A DNA stretch of 64,000 nt from Candidatus Iainarchaeum sp. Its GTDB lineage: Archaea; Iainarchaeota; Iainarchaeia; Iainarchaeales; JAGVWC01. The stretch covers positions 1 to 64,000 of the forward strand of contig JAGVWC010000008.1 in assembly GCA_018304465.1 (NCBI GenBank). Direction: 5' to 3'. The translations under genes and the position numbers were made by a program. The stretch's first letter is position 1. Each line of letters begins with the position of its first letter. Shown piece after piece: positions 1 to 10,366 of this stretch. The notes under the pieces are model-generated. The model was not told the DNA's origin. It saw only the letters and a program-made list of their open reading frames with translations, and did not search any database.

Positions 1-1404
1 CGTATTAGAATCACTCGGAGAAAGCACCTGCACGTAAGGTGCGTTTTGGTCGTAGTGGTATCCGATGTCGATGGTTTGCGTGTCAAGCTTGTTGTTTAGT
101 TGAGTGGTTCTCAAATTGAAGAAATTGTTTTTGTCCATTGCGTTCGAGTCCACGCCGCCGGCGTCCACCAGTTTTAGTCCCCCGGTTGAAGTGGTGTTTA
201 ACAAAAAGTTTCGATCGCTTTCGTCACCAATAAACGGATTTGCCGTCAAACCGGTTTGTGAGTTCTGATCCCCGGCATGCGAGGCAGGATTCCCGCCCGG
301 AGAAATCACGTTAAAATATGCGTTGTGATGAATCACCGCGTTATAATTAATGTACTGGGACGCGGGCAAAGCAATATTAACATCGGAAAAAACGTTTCCA
401 AAAATTTTTCCCCTAAGATAATTCGTTGTAGGAATCGTTATGACGGAACGTGAAAAATTAGAAAAAGAATTGGCAAAAATATTGGTGCCCACTTCTCCAT
501 CCAGCATAGATGAATTAAAATAAAAACCGTAACCAGAAGAATTGGTAAACACGTTATTGAAAAAATTCGAATCCAAAGTATCACACCTATAAAAATTCGT
601 TATATATGAAGCGCTGTGAAAATTGGAAAACCGATTGTTGTAAAAATTTCCTCCGACTGTTGATCGGGCAAAAGTACTCGACCCCAATGAATAAAGCGCC
701 GAACTATTAAAATCGTTAAAAACATTGTTGAACACATTACCCGAAAAAACCGAGGTACCGCTCGACAAACTGATTCCCGAAGTGCTATTAAACCGGTCAA
801 AAACATTCGAAAAAATCTCTATGTTCGAGTTAAGCGTAATAAAAATCGCGAAAACCCCCCCCGAAAACAAAGAAAAATTTGAATCATGAATAGAAGAAAT
901 ATTTTTATCCAAACGGACGCCATAATTGGCATCCAAAATCTTCAAATAAGAAAACGAATCAGAAGACAACTGCCCCGACGCGGACTTAATCCACAACGCC
1001 ACATTATAATCCGATCCCAACGGCGCACCCGAACAACCCGAAACAGTCGAAGTATTCACATTCGTAGAACCCGCGTATGAATTTTGATCGCGACAACTCG
1101 TAAAAATAATATTTTTATCAGAAGTACCAGTGGCCACGATTCTTCCGCTGGTATTAGCAGATAATTCCGTTCCGGGCAGATACTTGACCACCGCCCCGGG
1201 CGAAATCGTCAAATCCGTTCCGGCGCCCGTTACCGCCACATCCGTCAAAATCACGTAGGTATTGCCATCAATCCAGGTGGTATCGCCGGTAATTGCCGTG
1301 TCAATCGTGCAAACGTTGTTGGAATCCCCACACGAATTCGCGGCAAAACCGTCCGATGCAAACCCAACAAGGCACAAGCAAAGAATAACCAACCAAAAGC
1401 GCAT
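1..1404 (-). CDS. secreted right-handed parallel beta-helix repeat protein (adhesin/S-layer-like); N-terminus at 1404, C-terminus runs off the window edge
   Basis: My own translation of the minus strand from ATG at 1404 gives MRFWLVILCLCLVGFASDGFAANS... (signal peptide) with no stop through position 1. It shows many NxFxNxFxN(F/S) beta-helix-type repeats and abundant Asn/Ser/Thr/Gly. It is absent from the ORF track because it is unterminated in the window. Confidence 0.6.
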   Translation of the reverse strand, partial: MRFWLVILCLCLVGFASDGFAANSCGDSNNVCTIDTAITGDTTWIDGNTYVILTDVAVTGAGTDLTISPGAVVKYLPGTELSANTSGRIVATGTSDKNIIFTSCRDQNSYAGSTNVNTSTVSGCSGAPLGSDYNVALWIKSASGQLSSDSFSYLKILDANYGVRLDKNISSIHDSNFSLFSGGVFAIFITLNSNIEIFSNVFDRFNSTSGISLSSGTSVFSGNVFNNVFNDFNSSALYSLGSSTFARSTVGGNFYNNRFSNFHSASYITNFYRCDTLDSNFFNNVFTNSSGYGFYFNSSMLDGEVGTNIFANSFSNFSRSVITIPTTNYLRGKIFGNVFSDVNIALPASQYINYNAVIHHNAYFNVISPGGNPASHAGDQNSQTGLTANPFIGDESDRNFLLNTTSTGGLKLVDAGGVDSNAMDKNNFFNLRTTQLNNKLDTQTIDIGYHYDQNAPYVQVLSPSDSNT

Positions 1405-1476
1405 GAAAAAGAAACGCAGCGCTAAAATAAAAGGGTTGTGATTCGAAAAAAAACAGAATAAAAAAAAACGCGGGAA

Positions 1477-1752
1477 TTACTTCAGCGCTTTCTTAAGTTG
1501 TTTTTCGAATTCTTCCAGATCTTCGTCGATCTGTTTGACGGCGTCGTTTAACGCGGTTTTCGCGTTCTTGCCGCTTGTTTTCACGATGATATGCGCTTCG
1601 TTATCCAACGGATGCATCAATTTGTACGCCGCGAACGTCACGCTTTTGTCCTGCAACAAACGATCGCGCAACAAATTCGGGAACGTATGGCGATTGTCCT
1701 TTAGAACAAACTCGATTTCATTCGACTCGTTTTTCAAAACCTTGATTTCCAT
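1477..1752 (-). CDS. rpoL: DNA-directed RNA polymerase subunit L (Rpb11 homologue)
   Basis: MEIKVLKNESNEIEFVLKDNRHTFPNLLRDRLLQDKSVTFAAYKLMHPL...IIVKT is the typical RpoL pattern. ATG at 1752; the track ORF begins 7 codons upstream at a TTG. Confidence 0.8.
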   Translation of the reverse strand: MEIKVLKNESNEIEFVLKDNRHTFPNLLRDRLLQDKSVTFAAYKLMHPLDNEAHIIVKTSGKNAKTALNDAVKQIDEDLEEFEKQLKKALK

Positions 1753-1776
1753 TCCAAAACCCCCGAAAGACAAACA

Positions 1777-2346
1777 TTACTGCAACGAATACTCCGAAGA
1801 AATTTTCCTTCCTTCGACTTGGCCGCACTGCAAACACTTCAAATCGCGACCGAACAAATGCAATTCCGAACGGCACTTGGTGCAAAACGCTTTCACAACG
1901 CCAAGATCGGACGCTTGCGTCGTCAAATCAACGCCCCACGGCGAAACAGACGCGACACGCGCTTTCACGAAATCGCCCAAACGAAATTTGTCCTTGATCG
2001 ATTTGACAAAACCCAGGTCGCATTTCGAAACCGGAACCGCGCTCGTTGAACTCGAAACCGCGACGAAAACTCTTCCTTTCATGGCATCCCAAATTTCGAT
2101 GACCGCGGCATGATCCGTCACCAACACCACGCGGCCATAAATCTGGGTTCCGATACTCATCGGTGAAACACCGCGGCGCGTCACCACGTCAATGGTCCGA
2201 TTTTTTTCGTTTTCAAGCGCGACGCCTGAAACCGACGAAACAATATTGCCTTCGTCGTCTACAAACGCGTTCGAACCGGGAGAATACTCTTCCTCGATTC
2301 CGAGCACCGAACCAGAAAATACGACACTATGCTTTTTGGATACCAT
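1777..2346 (-). CDS. csl4: exosome complex RNA-binding protein Csl4 (S1 domain plus C-terminal zinc ribbon)
   Basis: S1-like core (GRVVLVTDHAAVIEI...) and C-terminal CxxC...CxxC (CTKCRSEL...CLQCG). Sits immediately upstream of rpoL, as in many archaea. Confidence 0.7.
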   Translation of the reverse strand: MVSKKHSVVFSGSVLGIEEEYSPGSNAFVDDEGNIVSSVSGVALENEKNRTIDVVTRRGVSPMSIGTQIYGRVVLVTDHAAVIEIWDAMKGRVFVAVSSSTSAVPVSKCDLGFVKSIKDKFRLGDFVKARVASVSPWGVDLTTQASDLGVVKAFCTKCRSELHLFGRDLKCLQCGQVEGRKISSEYSLQ

Positions 2347-2429
2347 CAAATTCCACCAAAAAAAGAGGAACAATTATATAACTAATAATATAGAATGAAT
2401 ACAAAAGATTTAAAAAATCGGTCGAAATC

Positions 2430-3308
2430 ATGGTTCTGGAAAGTGTTTTAAGAAGCCAATTCGCCTTAAAACACCCGTTTTCGATGCTTATTTTCGGAAT
2501 CGTCATCACTTTTCTTGGCGCGGGAATGGCGTTAACCACCTTTCCCAATGCCGCCTCGGTGCTCTCCATCGCGTTTATCACCATCGGAACGATTCCGCTC
2601 TTGTTTCACACGCTTTCGCGCGAAGAAAAACACGAAATACACGCGCCCGGAAACCCCGCCACGTTTTTCGGCCGCCACTTTCACCTGATTTCCCTTTACG
2701 GCTATTTTTTTCTCGGACTCATCATCGCCCACGCATACCTTTACTCGAATCTTTCGCCGGATTTTCGAAGCCAATTATTCGAAGAACAGGAAAATACGTA
2801 CGGACAAATCGAAAACCTGCGCGGAAAAACAACCGAAGGCGAATTTGAAAACGCATGCAAAAGCGACAGGTTCTGGCCGCTTTCCATCGGATGCATCTTT
2901 TCCAACAACGCCGTGGTCCTCGGATGGACATTGTTCATGTCGTTCATTTTCGGCGCCGGAGCGATTTTTCTCATCGCCTGGAACGCTTCCGTAATCGGAC
3001 TCGTCATCGGACAAGAAATACTTGCAAGCGACCATTTCCAAGCCCTCGGAAAATTCGGCTGCTTGTTGCCGCATGGAATCCCCGAAGTCGGCGCGTACTT
3101 CATCGGCGCGATTGCGGGTGGAATCATCTCCGCGGCGATCGCCCAAAAAGTCTACCGCACCGACAAATTCCGGATCATCGCACAAGACGTCATCGTGATG
3201 ATCATTCTCGCGTATCTGTTGCTGTTTTTCGGATCACTCATCGAAGGCGCCAACATCATCAGCAGTTGCTTTACCCAAACCGAACTAGTTCTTGCCGCGT
3301 TGTCGTGA
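2430..3308 (+). CDS. polytopic membrane protein, possibly DUF95/SpoIIM-like
   Basis: 292 aa with about 6 hydrophobic helices. WNASVIGLVIGQ and GIPEVGAYFIGAIAGG segments resemble the SpoIIM/DUF95 family. Family assignment is tentative. Confidence 0.45.
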   Translation: MVLESVLRSQFALKHPFSMLIFGIVITFLGAGMALTTFPNAASVLSIAFITIGTIPLLFHTLSREEKHEIHAPGNPATFFGRHFHLISLYGYFFLGLIIAHAYLYSNLSPDFRSQLFEEQENTYGQIENLRGKTTEGEFENACKSDRFWPLSIGCIFSNNAVVLGWTLFMSFIFGAGAIFLIAWNASVIGLVIGQEILASDHFQALGKFGCLLPHGIPEVGAYFIGAIAGGIISAAIAQKVYRTDKFRIIAQDVIVMIILAYLLLFFGSLIEGANIISSCFTQTELVLAALS

Positions 3309-3316
3309 AAAAAAAG

Positions 3317-4282
3317 TCACTTGCTTTCTTTGGCAAGCTTTTTGATCGCCGGAGCGTATTTTCGGAACAATGATTCCAACAATTCCGGATTCACTTGCGA
3401 ACGCGACATGCTCGAAGAAAGCTCGGTCGCCAGCTTTGACAATTCAATCGGAAAAAAAATCTTGGATGCCGATCCTTCGCTGACTTTTTCCAGTGCCCGG
3501 ATATAATAATACGCCAATGCCTTGTCGGACAATTGTTCGGCCGCAATCCGAACCGCGTCGATTTCGATGCGATGCGCTTCCGCGGACTGCATGCGCGCCA
3601 GTTTCATTTGTTCGGCGGCTTTTTGTTCGGTTAACGCGCGTTCCAATTGTTCCGGGAGTTTAATGTCGGAAATCGCAACCGCTTCCACTCCGACGCCCCA
3701 GTTCGTGGCCACGCGTTCCAGTGCTTTTTGAACCGCCTCATTTAGCTTGGCAATATTTGAAACGAGTTCCTGCAACGTCAACGTGCCCGCAAGATCACGA
3801 ACAGACGCCACGACAAATCCTTCCGCAGACTTCAAATAATCCTTGACTTCAATCACGGAATTGATGACTGACTGGCTGTCGGGCTTGACGAACAAATACA
3901 CCAACGCGTCGATTTTCACAACGACTTGGTCCGCGGTAATCACTTCTTGCGGCGGAACATCAATGGTTTGCGTTCGCAAATCCACGATTTTGAAGGATTC
4001 AATCAACGGAATGATCATGGTCCAACCCGGACCCCCGACACGCGACACTTTTCCAAACCGAAAAATCACGGCGCGCTCGTATTCCTTTAATGTCAGCAAA
4101 AAATCATACTGATTCACCAAAAACGCGACAATCAACACCGCAAACGCGGCAAACACAATCGGAACAATAGCCTCGCGGCTCGTCCACGACAAATACACCA
4201 AGAACAGCAACACGACCACAAACAAGGCGAAAATAATCTGCTTGATTTTGTGGGATTCGACTTTTCCAAAACGCTTGGCCAT
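3317..4282 (-). CDS. SPFH/band-7 (stomatin/prohibitin-like) membrane protein
   Basis: N-terminal TM helix followed by an SPFH-like core (ERAVIFRFGKV...GPGWTMIIPLIESFKIVDLRTQ...) and a C-terminal coiled coil. Start taken at MAKRFGK (ATG 4282). Confidence 0.75.
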   Translation of the reverse strand: MAKRFGKVESHKIKQIIFALFVVVLLFLVYLSWTSREAIVPIVFAAFAVLIVAFLVNQYDFLLTLKEYERAVIFRFGKVSRVGGPGWTMIIPLIESFKIVDLRTQTIDVPPQEVITADQVVVKIDALVYLFVKPDSQSVINSVIEVKDYLKSAEGFVVASVRDLAGTLTLQELVSNIAKLNEAVQKALERVATNWGVGVEAVAISDIKLPEQLERALTEQKAAEQMKLARMQSAEAHRIEIDAVRIAAEQLSDKALAYYYIRALEKVSEGSASKIFFPIELSKLATELSSSMSRSQVNPELLESLFRKYAPAIKKLAKESK

Positions 4283-4291
4283 AACCCTAAT

Positions 4292-4340
4292 CCCACCGAA
4301 TCCTATTATATATTCCAACATAATAGGAATTATATATAAG
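4292..4340. promoter_or_regulatory. divergent AT-rich promoter region with TATA-like boxes for 3317..4282(-) and 4354..5583(+)
   Basis: The sequence tattatatattcc...ggaattatatataagtatagg lies about 22-32 nt upstream of each start codon in both orientations. This is consistent with leaderless archaeal transcripts. Confidence 0.4.
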
Positions 4341-4353
4341 TATAGGTGAAACG

Positions 4354-5583
4354 ATGGCGTCCCCCAAAAACATCCTGGTGGTCTGCGTTGACCGAGACGA
4401 CGACTTGGGCCGAAAAACCGGCATTCAAGGACCCGTCATCGGACGAAAAAACGTTTTGAACGCCGCCGCCAAACTCGCGGTCGCCGACCCGTTTGAAGCC
4501 GACGCCAACACGATGTTTGCCGCGGTTCACCAGTTCGATGAAATCACCAAAAGCGGAGAAACCGTCGAAGTCGCATGCCTCACCGGCGTCGACAAAACAG
4601 ATTACTCTTCCGACAAACGCATCATGCAACAACTCGACCAAGTGCTTGAAAAATTCCAGACTGACGGATTCGTTCTGGTTACCGACGGCGCCGAAGACGA
4701 CCAGGTCATTCCGCTGCTTCAAAACCGCGCCCGCATCGTTTCCAAACAAACCGTGATCGTCCGCCAAGCCAAAGAAGTCGAAAGCACGTTTTACACCATC
4801 AAAGAAGCCCTCAAAGACAACACTTTGAAAACCATGTTCATCATCCTGCCGGGACTCATTTTGCTGGCATTGGCGTTTTTGCCCGCGTTCAGTTTTTCCA
4901 TTATTTCCGGCGGCATCGGATTCTTTTTGCTGTTTTACGGAACCGGATTATACGAGCGCCTCCAAGACGCGACCAGCGACCTGCAAAAAAGCATCGCCAA
5001 CCAGCGCACCAGCTTTCCGTTTTATCTCGCCAGTTTTTTCGTGCTCGCGTTCGCCTTGATCACGATCATCACTCAGTTCACGTCGAACGCCACTACGACC
5101 GACATCATCACCAACGCCGTGCAATCCCTGCAAAACGCGTTCTTCTTGATTTTTCTTGCCGCCGAAAGCTTCGTGCTCGCCAAAAGCCTGGACACGGTTC
5201 ACGCACGCAAAGCCTACCGGCTTCACTCATACTTTGTCACCGGCGTACTCGTCATATTGTTCTGGCTCATTCTTGACGCCGGAACCGACGTGTTTCTCAA
5301 ACGCACGGACATCGACTGGTTTTTACGCATCATTCTTTTCTCCGCGGTCGTATTATGGCTCACGCTACGGAGCGCACGCATGATCGACATCCGAAACAAA
5401 GTCACGGACTTTTTAATCGGCGCATCCGTGTACAACCCCAAAGGCGAATGGGTTGGAAAAGTCGCGAAAACATATCCCGCCAAACAAATGATCGAATTCA
5501 ACAACCAAAAAACAAAACAAATCCAGCAAATCGACAAAACCAGCTTTCGGTTCCGCGAAGGCCGCGTCGTATTGGTCAAGTAA
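4354..5583 (+). CDS. conserved archaeal membrane protein (possibly DUF373 family)
   Basis: 409 aa with a soluble N-terminal domain (ILVVCVDRDDDLG...) and then about 7 TM helices. The family call is from memory of the motif and is uncertain. Confidence 0.45.
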   Translation: MASPKNILVVCVDRDDDLGRKTGIQGPVIGRKNVLNAAAKLAVADPFEADANTMFAAVHQFDEITKSGETVEVACLTGVDKTDYSSDKRIMQQLDQVLEKFQTDGFVLVTDGAEDDQVIPLLQNRARIVSKQTVIVRQAKEVESTFYTIKEALKDNTLKTMFIILPGLILLALAFLPAFSFSIISGGIGFFLLFYGTGLYERLQDATSDLQKSIANQRTSFPFYLASFFVLAFALITIITQFTSNATTTDIITNAVQSLQNAFFLIFLAAESFVLAKSLDTVHARKAYRLHSYFVTGVLVILFWLILDAGTDVFLKRTDIDWFLRIILFSAVVLWLTLRSARMIDIRNKVTDFLIGASVYNPKGEWVGKVAKTYPAKQMIEFNNQKTKQIQQIDKTSFRFREGRVVLVK

Positions 5584-5603
5584 ACCAAACGAAAAGAAAA
5601 AGG

Positions 5604-7535
5604 TTACTTAGATTCCGTTTTCTTTCCCAGCACGTTCCGAAAGTCAACGGAAAACAAGGCTTTGATGTTTTTCAACAAACGCGTTTTTTTATCCGACTTC
5701 ACGAACGAATGCTCAAGTACCTGCGAAAGCGTTTTCACCGGAATAATCTTGATGAGTTTTCGGTCTTCGTCCGACAAAACGATGTCGTCATAGTTCGAGG
5801 CCGGAACCAACACTTCCAAAAAACCCGCTTTCAACGCCGCGCTGACTTTGGCGGTCACGCCGCCGACCGGCAATACTTCTCCGCGAACGGAAAGACTACC
5901 CGTCATCGCGATATCCTGACGAATCGGAATGCGCTCAAGCGCCGAGATAACCGCGGTCGCAACGGAAACCGAAGCGGAATCCCCTTCGACGCCTTCATAC
6001 GTCTGCAAGAACTGAATATGCAAATCCTGATGCGAAATGTCTTTTCCGGACAAACGCTTGATCAACGCCGACACGTTTTGTACGGCTTCCTTGGCGATTT
6101 CCCCGAGCTTTCCCGTCGCAATGATTTTTCCTTCCGCGCTAGACTGTGCCGGCGCCACTTCGGCTTCGATCGGCAAAATCAAACCCGCGTCTCCGTCGCC
6201 TGACACCGCAAGTCCGTTCACGCGGCCGACAACCGCGCCCTTGTTCAGGAAAATATCGTAATCGCGGCGCTGATCCAGAATCTTTCCGACCATCTGTTGT
6301 TCCAGAGTACGCGCGCTCATCTTGGCTTCAAACACGTCTTCCACCATGACCAGCGGATGCCCCTTGGCTTTGGCCAGGTCCCCTGACGCGCGGATCAATC
6401 CGCCCAAGTCGCGTAATTTCAACGTCAAACGATTCTTGCGTCCCGCGCGTCTACGCGCTTCAAACACGATCAGTTTGACGGCGTCAAATGAAAAATGCGG
6501 AATCTTTCCGTCCTTGGTGACTTCTTGCGCGACGAACTGCGCCACTTTTTTTTCGTTTTCCTCGGTATCCGGCATGTCGCTGCTCATGTACACTTCGTAC
6601 CCGTAACCGCGGATACGGCTTCGGAGGGCCGGATGCACTTTTTCCAAATCATGATAATTACCCGCGGCCACCAAAACAAAATCGCATGGAACCGGTTCGG
6701 TGCGCGTCATGGCACCGGACGAATTCTCGGATTGACCCGTGATCGAATATTTTTTTTCCTGCATCGCGGTCAACAATTCCTGCTGGCTGCGCTGAGTCAA
6801 GGTCGCGATTTCGTCCAAAAACAACACGCCACCCGAAGCGCGATGAATCATCCCGGGCTCCACGCGCAAATGCGGCGGAGTACCCAATCCACCGGACTGC
6901 AACGGGTCATGTCTCACGTCACCAAGCAATGAACCCGCGCGCGCGCCGGTCCCGTCCAAAAACGGAGCGATTTTTTTGCCTAAATTATCCACCAAAACTT
7001 TCGGAATCTGTTTTCCCGTGCGCGGCTTCATCTGGTTCCCCAAAGAAAAACCGATTGCAAGCATCATTCCGATAATCAACAACGCGGCGTAAATGATATC
7101 CGAGATCCAACGCCACGCCCAGATAAAATACGAAAAAGTAAACCAGCCAAACGTCAACAGCATTCCGAGCATGCGCACGTTGTCTTCTTCGGCAAACGAA
7201 TCCATGCGCATCCGATCCACCATTTTTCGGCCGGTTCCCGCCTTGACGGTTCGAACAATCGGAACATTGGGGTCCTGCGCATTCGGATACATCAGCACGT
7301 CTTCGAGTTTTTGCACGGGCAAAATCTCGCTCATGGCCTGCGCGAGCATGGACTTGCCGGTTCCCGGCAAACCGATCAACAAAACGTTTCGTTTCTGAAT
7401 CGCGGCTTTTCGAATGATCTCAACGGATTCATCCTGCCCGATAATCTGGTCCGCCAATCGACGCGGAACATCCAGTTCCGCCGTAGAATTGAAGAATTTG
7501 GATACTACGACCCCGTTCGGGCTGTTTTCCGCCAT
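5604..7535 (-). CDS. lonB: archaeal membrane-bound Lon protease LonB (AAA+ plus S16 protease)
   Basis: Walker A GLPGTGKS, a membrane insertion of two TM helices inside the AAA module, and a C-terminal S16 domain (GPSAGV...KIAAAKRAG-type: [17 protein letters not shown] ... GGVTAKV). Confidence 0.9.
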   Translation of the reverse strand: MAENSPNGVVVSKFFNSTAELDVPRRLADQIIGQDESVEIIRKAAIQKRNVLLIGLPGTGKSMLAQAMSEILPVQKLEDVLMYPNAQDPNVPIVRTVKAGTGRKMVDRMRMDSFAEEDNVRMLGMLLTFGWFTFSYFIWAWRWISDIIYAALLIIGMMLAIGFSLGNQMKPRTGKQIPKVLVDNLGKKIAPFLDGTGARAGSLLGDVRHDPLQSGGLGTPPHLRVEPGMIHRASGGVLFLDEIATLTQRSQQELLTAMQEKKYSITGQSENSSGAMTRTEPVPCDFVLVAAGNYHDLEKVHPALRSRIRGYGYEVYMSSDMPDTEENEKKVAQFVAQEVTKDGKIPHFSFDAVKLIVFEARRRAGRKNRLTLKLRDLGGLIRASGDLAKAKGHPLVMVEDVFEAKMSARTLEQQMVGKILDQRRDYDIFLNKGAVVGRVNGLAVSGDGDAGLILPIEAEVAPAQSSAEGKIIATGKLGEIAKEAVQNVSALIKRLSGKDISHQDLHIQFLQTYEGVEGDSASVSVATAVISALERIPIRQDIAMTGSLSVRGEVLPVGGVTAKVSAALKAGFLEVLVPASNYDDIVLSDEDRKLIKIIPVKTLSQVLEHSFVKSDKKTRLLKNIKALFSVDFRNVLGKKTESK

Positions 7536-7593
7536 ATAATAATTACATGAAGAAGCAGATTAAAAACCAATTTGGTTCAATAATAAAGCAGTT

Positions 7594-8049
7594 ATGTTAT
7601 CCAAATCCGCGATCAGGATTGTCCCGAAAGAAGAATTAACAGCACGACAAGAACTGGGATTAGATGAGCTAATGGAACAATTCCATTCTGAACTTAAAGC
7701 CCGCAAGCCGCTTATACCCGCCCAAACCGCCTGTTTAGTTGGCTTGGTGAACAATGAGCCGGTCGGATTCGTTTCTTTTGGAGTAAATTCCAAAGAATTG
7801 AAAGTGTGGGCGGCATATCTTCGCCCCGGTTATCGAAATACAGGCGCTTTGCAGGGCTTCAAAATAGCAATAGTCCGAAAATTGGCTTCACAGGGAGAAA
7901 CCTTTCATAAGGTGCGATGGACCCGGGCAACAAACCGCCAGAGAGTCCCCCAACGGAACTCCAATGTATACTGCTTTAGTCGTTTGCCGTCCGGCATGCA
8001 AGAAAAAACGCTGCCACCCAGGCGAAAACAACCCCGATCACATCCCTAA
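7594..8049 (+). CDS. small GNAT-like acetyltransferase (possibly degraded C-terminus)
   Basis: GFVSFGV...ELKVWAAYLRPGYRNTGALQGFKIAI resembles a GNAT motif A (R-x-x-G-x-A). The C-terminal 40 aa are low-complexity. Codon usage looks atypical compared with neighbouring genes. Confidence 0.35.
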   Translation: MLSKSAIRIVPKEELTARQELGLDELMEQFHSELKARKPLIPAQTACLVGLVNNEPVGFVSFGVNSKELKVWAAYLRPGYRNTGALQGFKIAIVRKLASQGETFHKVRWTRATNRQRVPQRNSNVYCFSRLPSGMQEKTLPPRRKQPRSHP

Positions 8050-8103
8050 AACAAAAAATCCGAAAGCAAGGAAATTAATAATAGTTTTTATCTTTGTTTA
8101 ATC

Positions 8104-9027
8104 ATGAACCCCGTCGAACTCGTCTTTCTTGGCACCGCGTCCGCCGCTCCCACTGAAACGCGAAATTTGTCCGCGATGGCACTGCGCACGGAAGGCGAAT
8201 GGCTCTTGTTCGACTGTCCCGAAGGATGCCAACAACAAATGCTTCGCTCGGGCGTATCCTACATGAAAATCCAGCACATTTTCTTCACTCACCTGCATTT
8301 GGACCATGTATTGGGACTCCCCGGTCTCATTGCCACCATGCAAATGCACGCCCGCATCCACCCGCTGTACCTGTATTGCCCCGAAGGATGGAAACCCAAA
8401 CTCCAAAAACTGGTGTCCCTGGCTCCCAAAACCGATTTTGAAATCCTCTTCAAAGAAGTGCAACGAGGAACGGTATGGCAAACCCCCGAATACACGGTTT
8501 CGTGCGTTCCGCTAAAACACGAAATCGCGTGCGTCGGATACATTTTTTTGCAAACCGGAAAAACCGGCGAATTCCAACGCAAAAAAGCCATTGAACTCAA
8601 AATCCCCGAAGGACCGCTGTGGGCCAAACTCGCCAAAGGCGAAAAAATCAAAATCGGACCCAAAACGATTTCCCCCGAACACGTCATGGATTACTCGAAA
8701 GCGACTCCGGGCCTCAAAATCGCGTACGTGGTCGACACCATGCCCACCAAATCATACTATAACGCCATCAAAGACGCGTCCATTCTCATTCACGAAGCCA
8801 CGTTTTTGGAAAAAGACCACGAACGCGCCAAACAAACATTGCATTCAACCGCCAAACAAGCCGGACGCGTCGCAAGCGAAACCAACGCGAAACAACTGAT
8901 CTTAACGCATTTTTCAGCCAGACACAAAGAACTTGAACAACTCGAAAACGAAGCCCGCCAAGAATTCGGAAACGTCGAAATGGCGAATGACCTGGAACAC
9001 AAAGTCCTCAAAGGAGATCAACCATGA
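8104..9027 (+). CDS. rnz: ribonuclease Z (tRNA 3' endonuclease, metallo-beta-lactamase fold)
   Basis: LGTASAAP... with an HLHLDH zinc motif and a typical RNase Z length of 307 aa. Confidence 0.85.
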   Translation: MNPVELVFLGTASAAPTETRNLSAMALRTEGEWLLFDCPEGCQQQMLRSGVSYMKIQHIFFTHLHLDHVLGLPGLIATMQMHARIHPLYLYCPEGWKPKLQKLVSLAPKTDFEILFKEVQRGTVWQTPEYTVSCVPLKHEIACVGYIFLQTGKTGEFQRKKAIELKIPEGPLWAKLAKGEKIKIGPKTISPEHVMDYSKATPGLKIAYVVDTMPTKSYYNAIKDASILIHEATFLEKDHERAKQTLHSTAKQAGRVASETNAKQLILTHFSARHKELEQLENEARQEFGNVEMANDLEHKVLKGDQP

Positions 9028-9635
9028 TTCCGCGGCGCCGCGTTCCCCTACCCGGTTTTCGCCTGACCGCCGCCCAAAACCGCGGTCTACGCGTTCCCGT
9101 CGGACTCGGACAAAAAATCATCGGTCGCGCCGCCAATTCCGCAACCATCCAACCCGGCCGGTTCGGAAAAGGAATGGACGGCCTTGTCAAAAGCTTAAAA
9201 GAACACCAAAAACAACAAGGCCAAAAATGGGCCGGACAAGAACGACACGCGTTGTACGATCCCGCGCGCGAAGCCGGGCTCGGACGCAAAACCGAAGCCC
9301 GCGTTAACGCCATCGAAGAACAACGCCTCGCGTCATCCGGCCAAAAACGCATGGCCGCGGTCGAAAGACGAATCGGCGAGTCGCCTCACCGCGAAGCCAT
9401 CGAATTCGAACTTGAAAAACTCCAGGAATTCCTCGAACACCACCCGAACGTTACTCCAGAAGCCGTCGGAGAATACCTTGAATCCATGTTCAATTCGTAT
9501 TTTCCGCCCCAATCCGGATCCGCCGGTTACGGCCGCCGCTACAACAACCGATACTGTGCAATCGCGCTTACGGAACAATTCTTGCCCGACGAAAATTTAT
9601 CCGATTTGCGAAGCAAACTCAGGAAGGTGGCCTAA
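9024..9635 (+). CDS. hypothetical protein
   Basis: 203-aa ORF whose ATG overlaps the rnz stop (ATGA). Co-directional with the flanking genes, no recognisable motif, composition like the host. Confidence 0.4.
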   Translation: MIPRRRVPLPGFRLTAAQNRGLRVPVGLGQKIIGRAANSATIQPGRFGKGMDGLVKSLKEHQKQQGQKWAGQERHALYDPAREAGLGRKTEARVNAIEEQRLASSGQKRMAAVERRIGESPHREAIEFELEKLQEFLEHHPNVTPEAVGEYLESMFNSYFPPQSGSAGYGRRYNNRYCAIALTEQFLPDENLSDLRSKLRKVA

Positions 9636-9637
9636 CC

Positions 9638-10345
9638 ATGCAAGCAATCATTCTATCCGCAGGACTTGGAACCCGCATGGGACTATTGACGAAAGACAAA
9701 CCCAAAGCACTCGTCGAACTAGGAGCAAAACCCTTGCTTGGACACGTGCTGGATTCCCTTAATTCCGCGGGATGCACCCACGCGATCGTCATCATTGGAA
9801 AATACGGAAAAAAAGTCAAGGACTTTTACGCAAACCAATACAACAACATCAAAATCGATTACATCGAACAAAAAGAACAACTCGGAACCGGCCACGCGCT
9901 GCTCCAAGCCCGCGACAAAGCCGCCGGCGAATTCGTCGTAGGCCAATGCGACGTCATCGCAAACCCCGCGACGTGGAAAAGACTGTGGAAAACCAAGGGA
10001 TTCGACTGCGTCATGACACTGCGCAAAGAACAAGAACCCGAAAAATACGGCGTTGCCGTGGTCCAGGACAAACTCGTCGCCGAAATCGTCGAAAAACCCG
10101 TGGAACCACCCAGCGACCTCGTGAACGCGGGTTGCTACAAATTCTCGCGACGCGTATTCGACGAACTCTTGCGCATCGAAAAATCTCCCCGCGGAGAATA
10201 CGAACTCACCGACGCGATCAAACGAATGATTAAAAACAAAAAAGTCGGATTCGTATTGGAAACCGGAAAAATATTCGACATCGGAAACCCCGAAGAACTC
10301 GCCGACGCGGAAGAAGAGATCGGACAAGAAGAAATCAAGTGGTAA
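9638..10345 (+). CDS. sugar-1-phosphate nucleotidyltransferase (NTP_transferase family)
   Basis: MQAIILSAGLGTRMGLLTKDKPKALVEL...GTGHAL is the classic nucleotidyltransferase N-terminus (GxGTRxxPxTxxxPK). Confidence 0.8.
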   Translation: MQAIILSAGLGTRMGLLTKDKPKALVELGAKPLLGHVLDSLNSAGCTHAIVIIGKYGKKVKDFYANQYNNIKIDYIEQKEQLGTGHALLQARDKAAGEFVVGQCDVIANPATWKRLWKTKGFDCVMTLRKEQEPEKYGVAVVQDKLVAEIVEKPVEPPSDLVNAGCYKFSRRVFDELLRIEKSPRGEYELTDAIKRMIKNKKVGFVLETGKIFDIGNPEELADAEEEIGQEEIKW

Positions 10346-10366
10346 AAAGAACCGAGCAAAAAAAAG

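Noticed and set aside
5355-6203. 282-aa plus-strand ORF
   Set aside because: Arg-rich antisense of the lonB gene.
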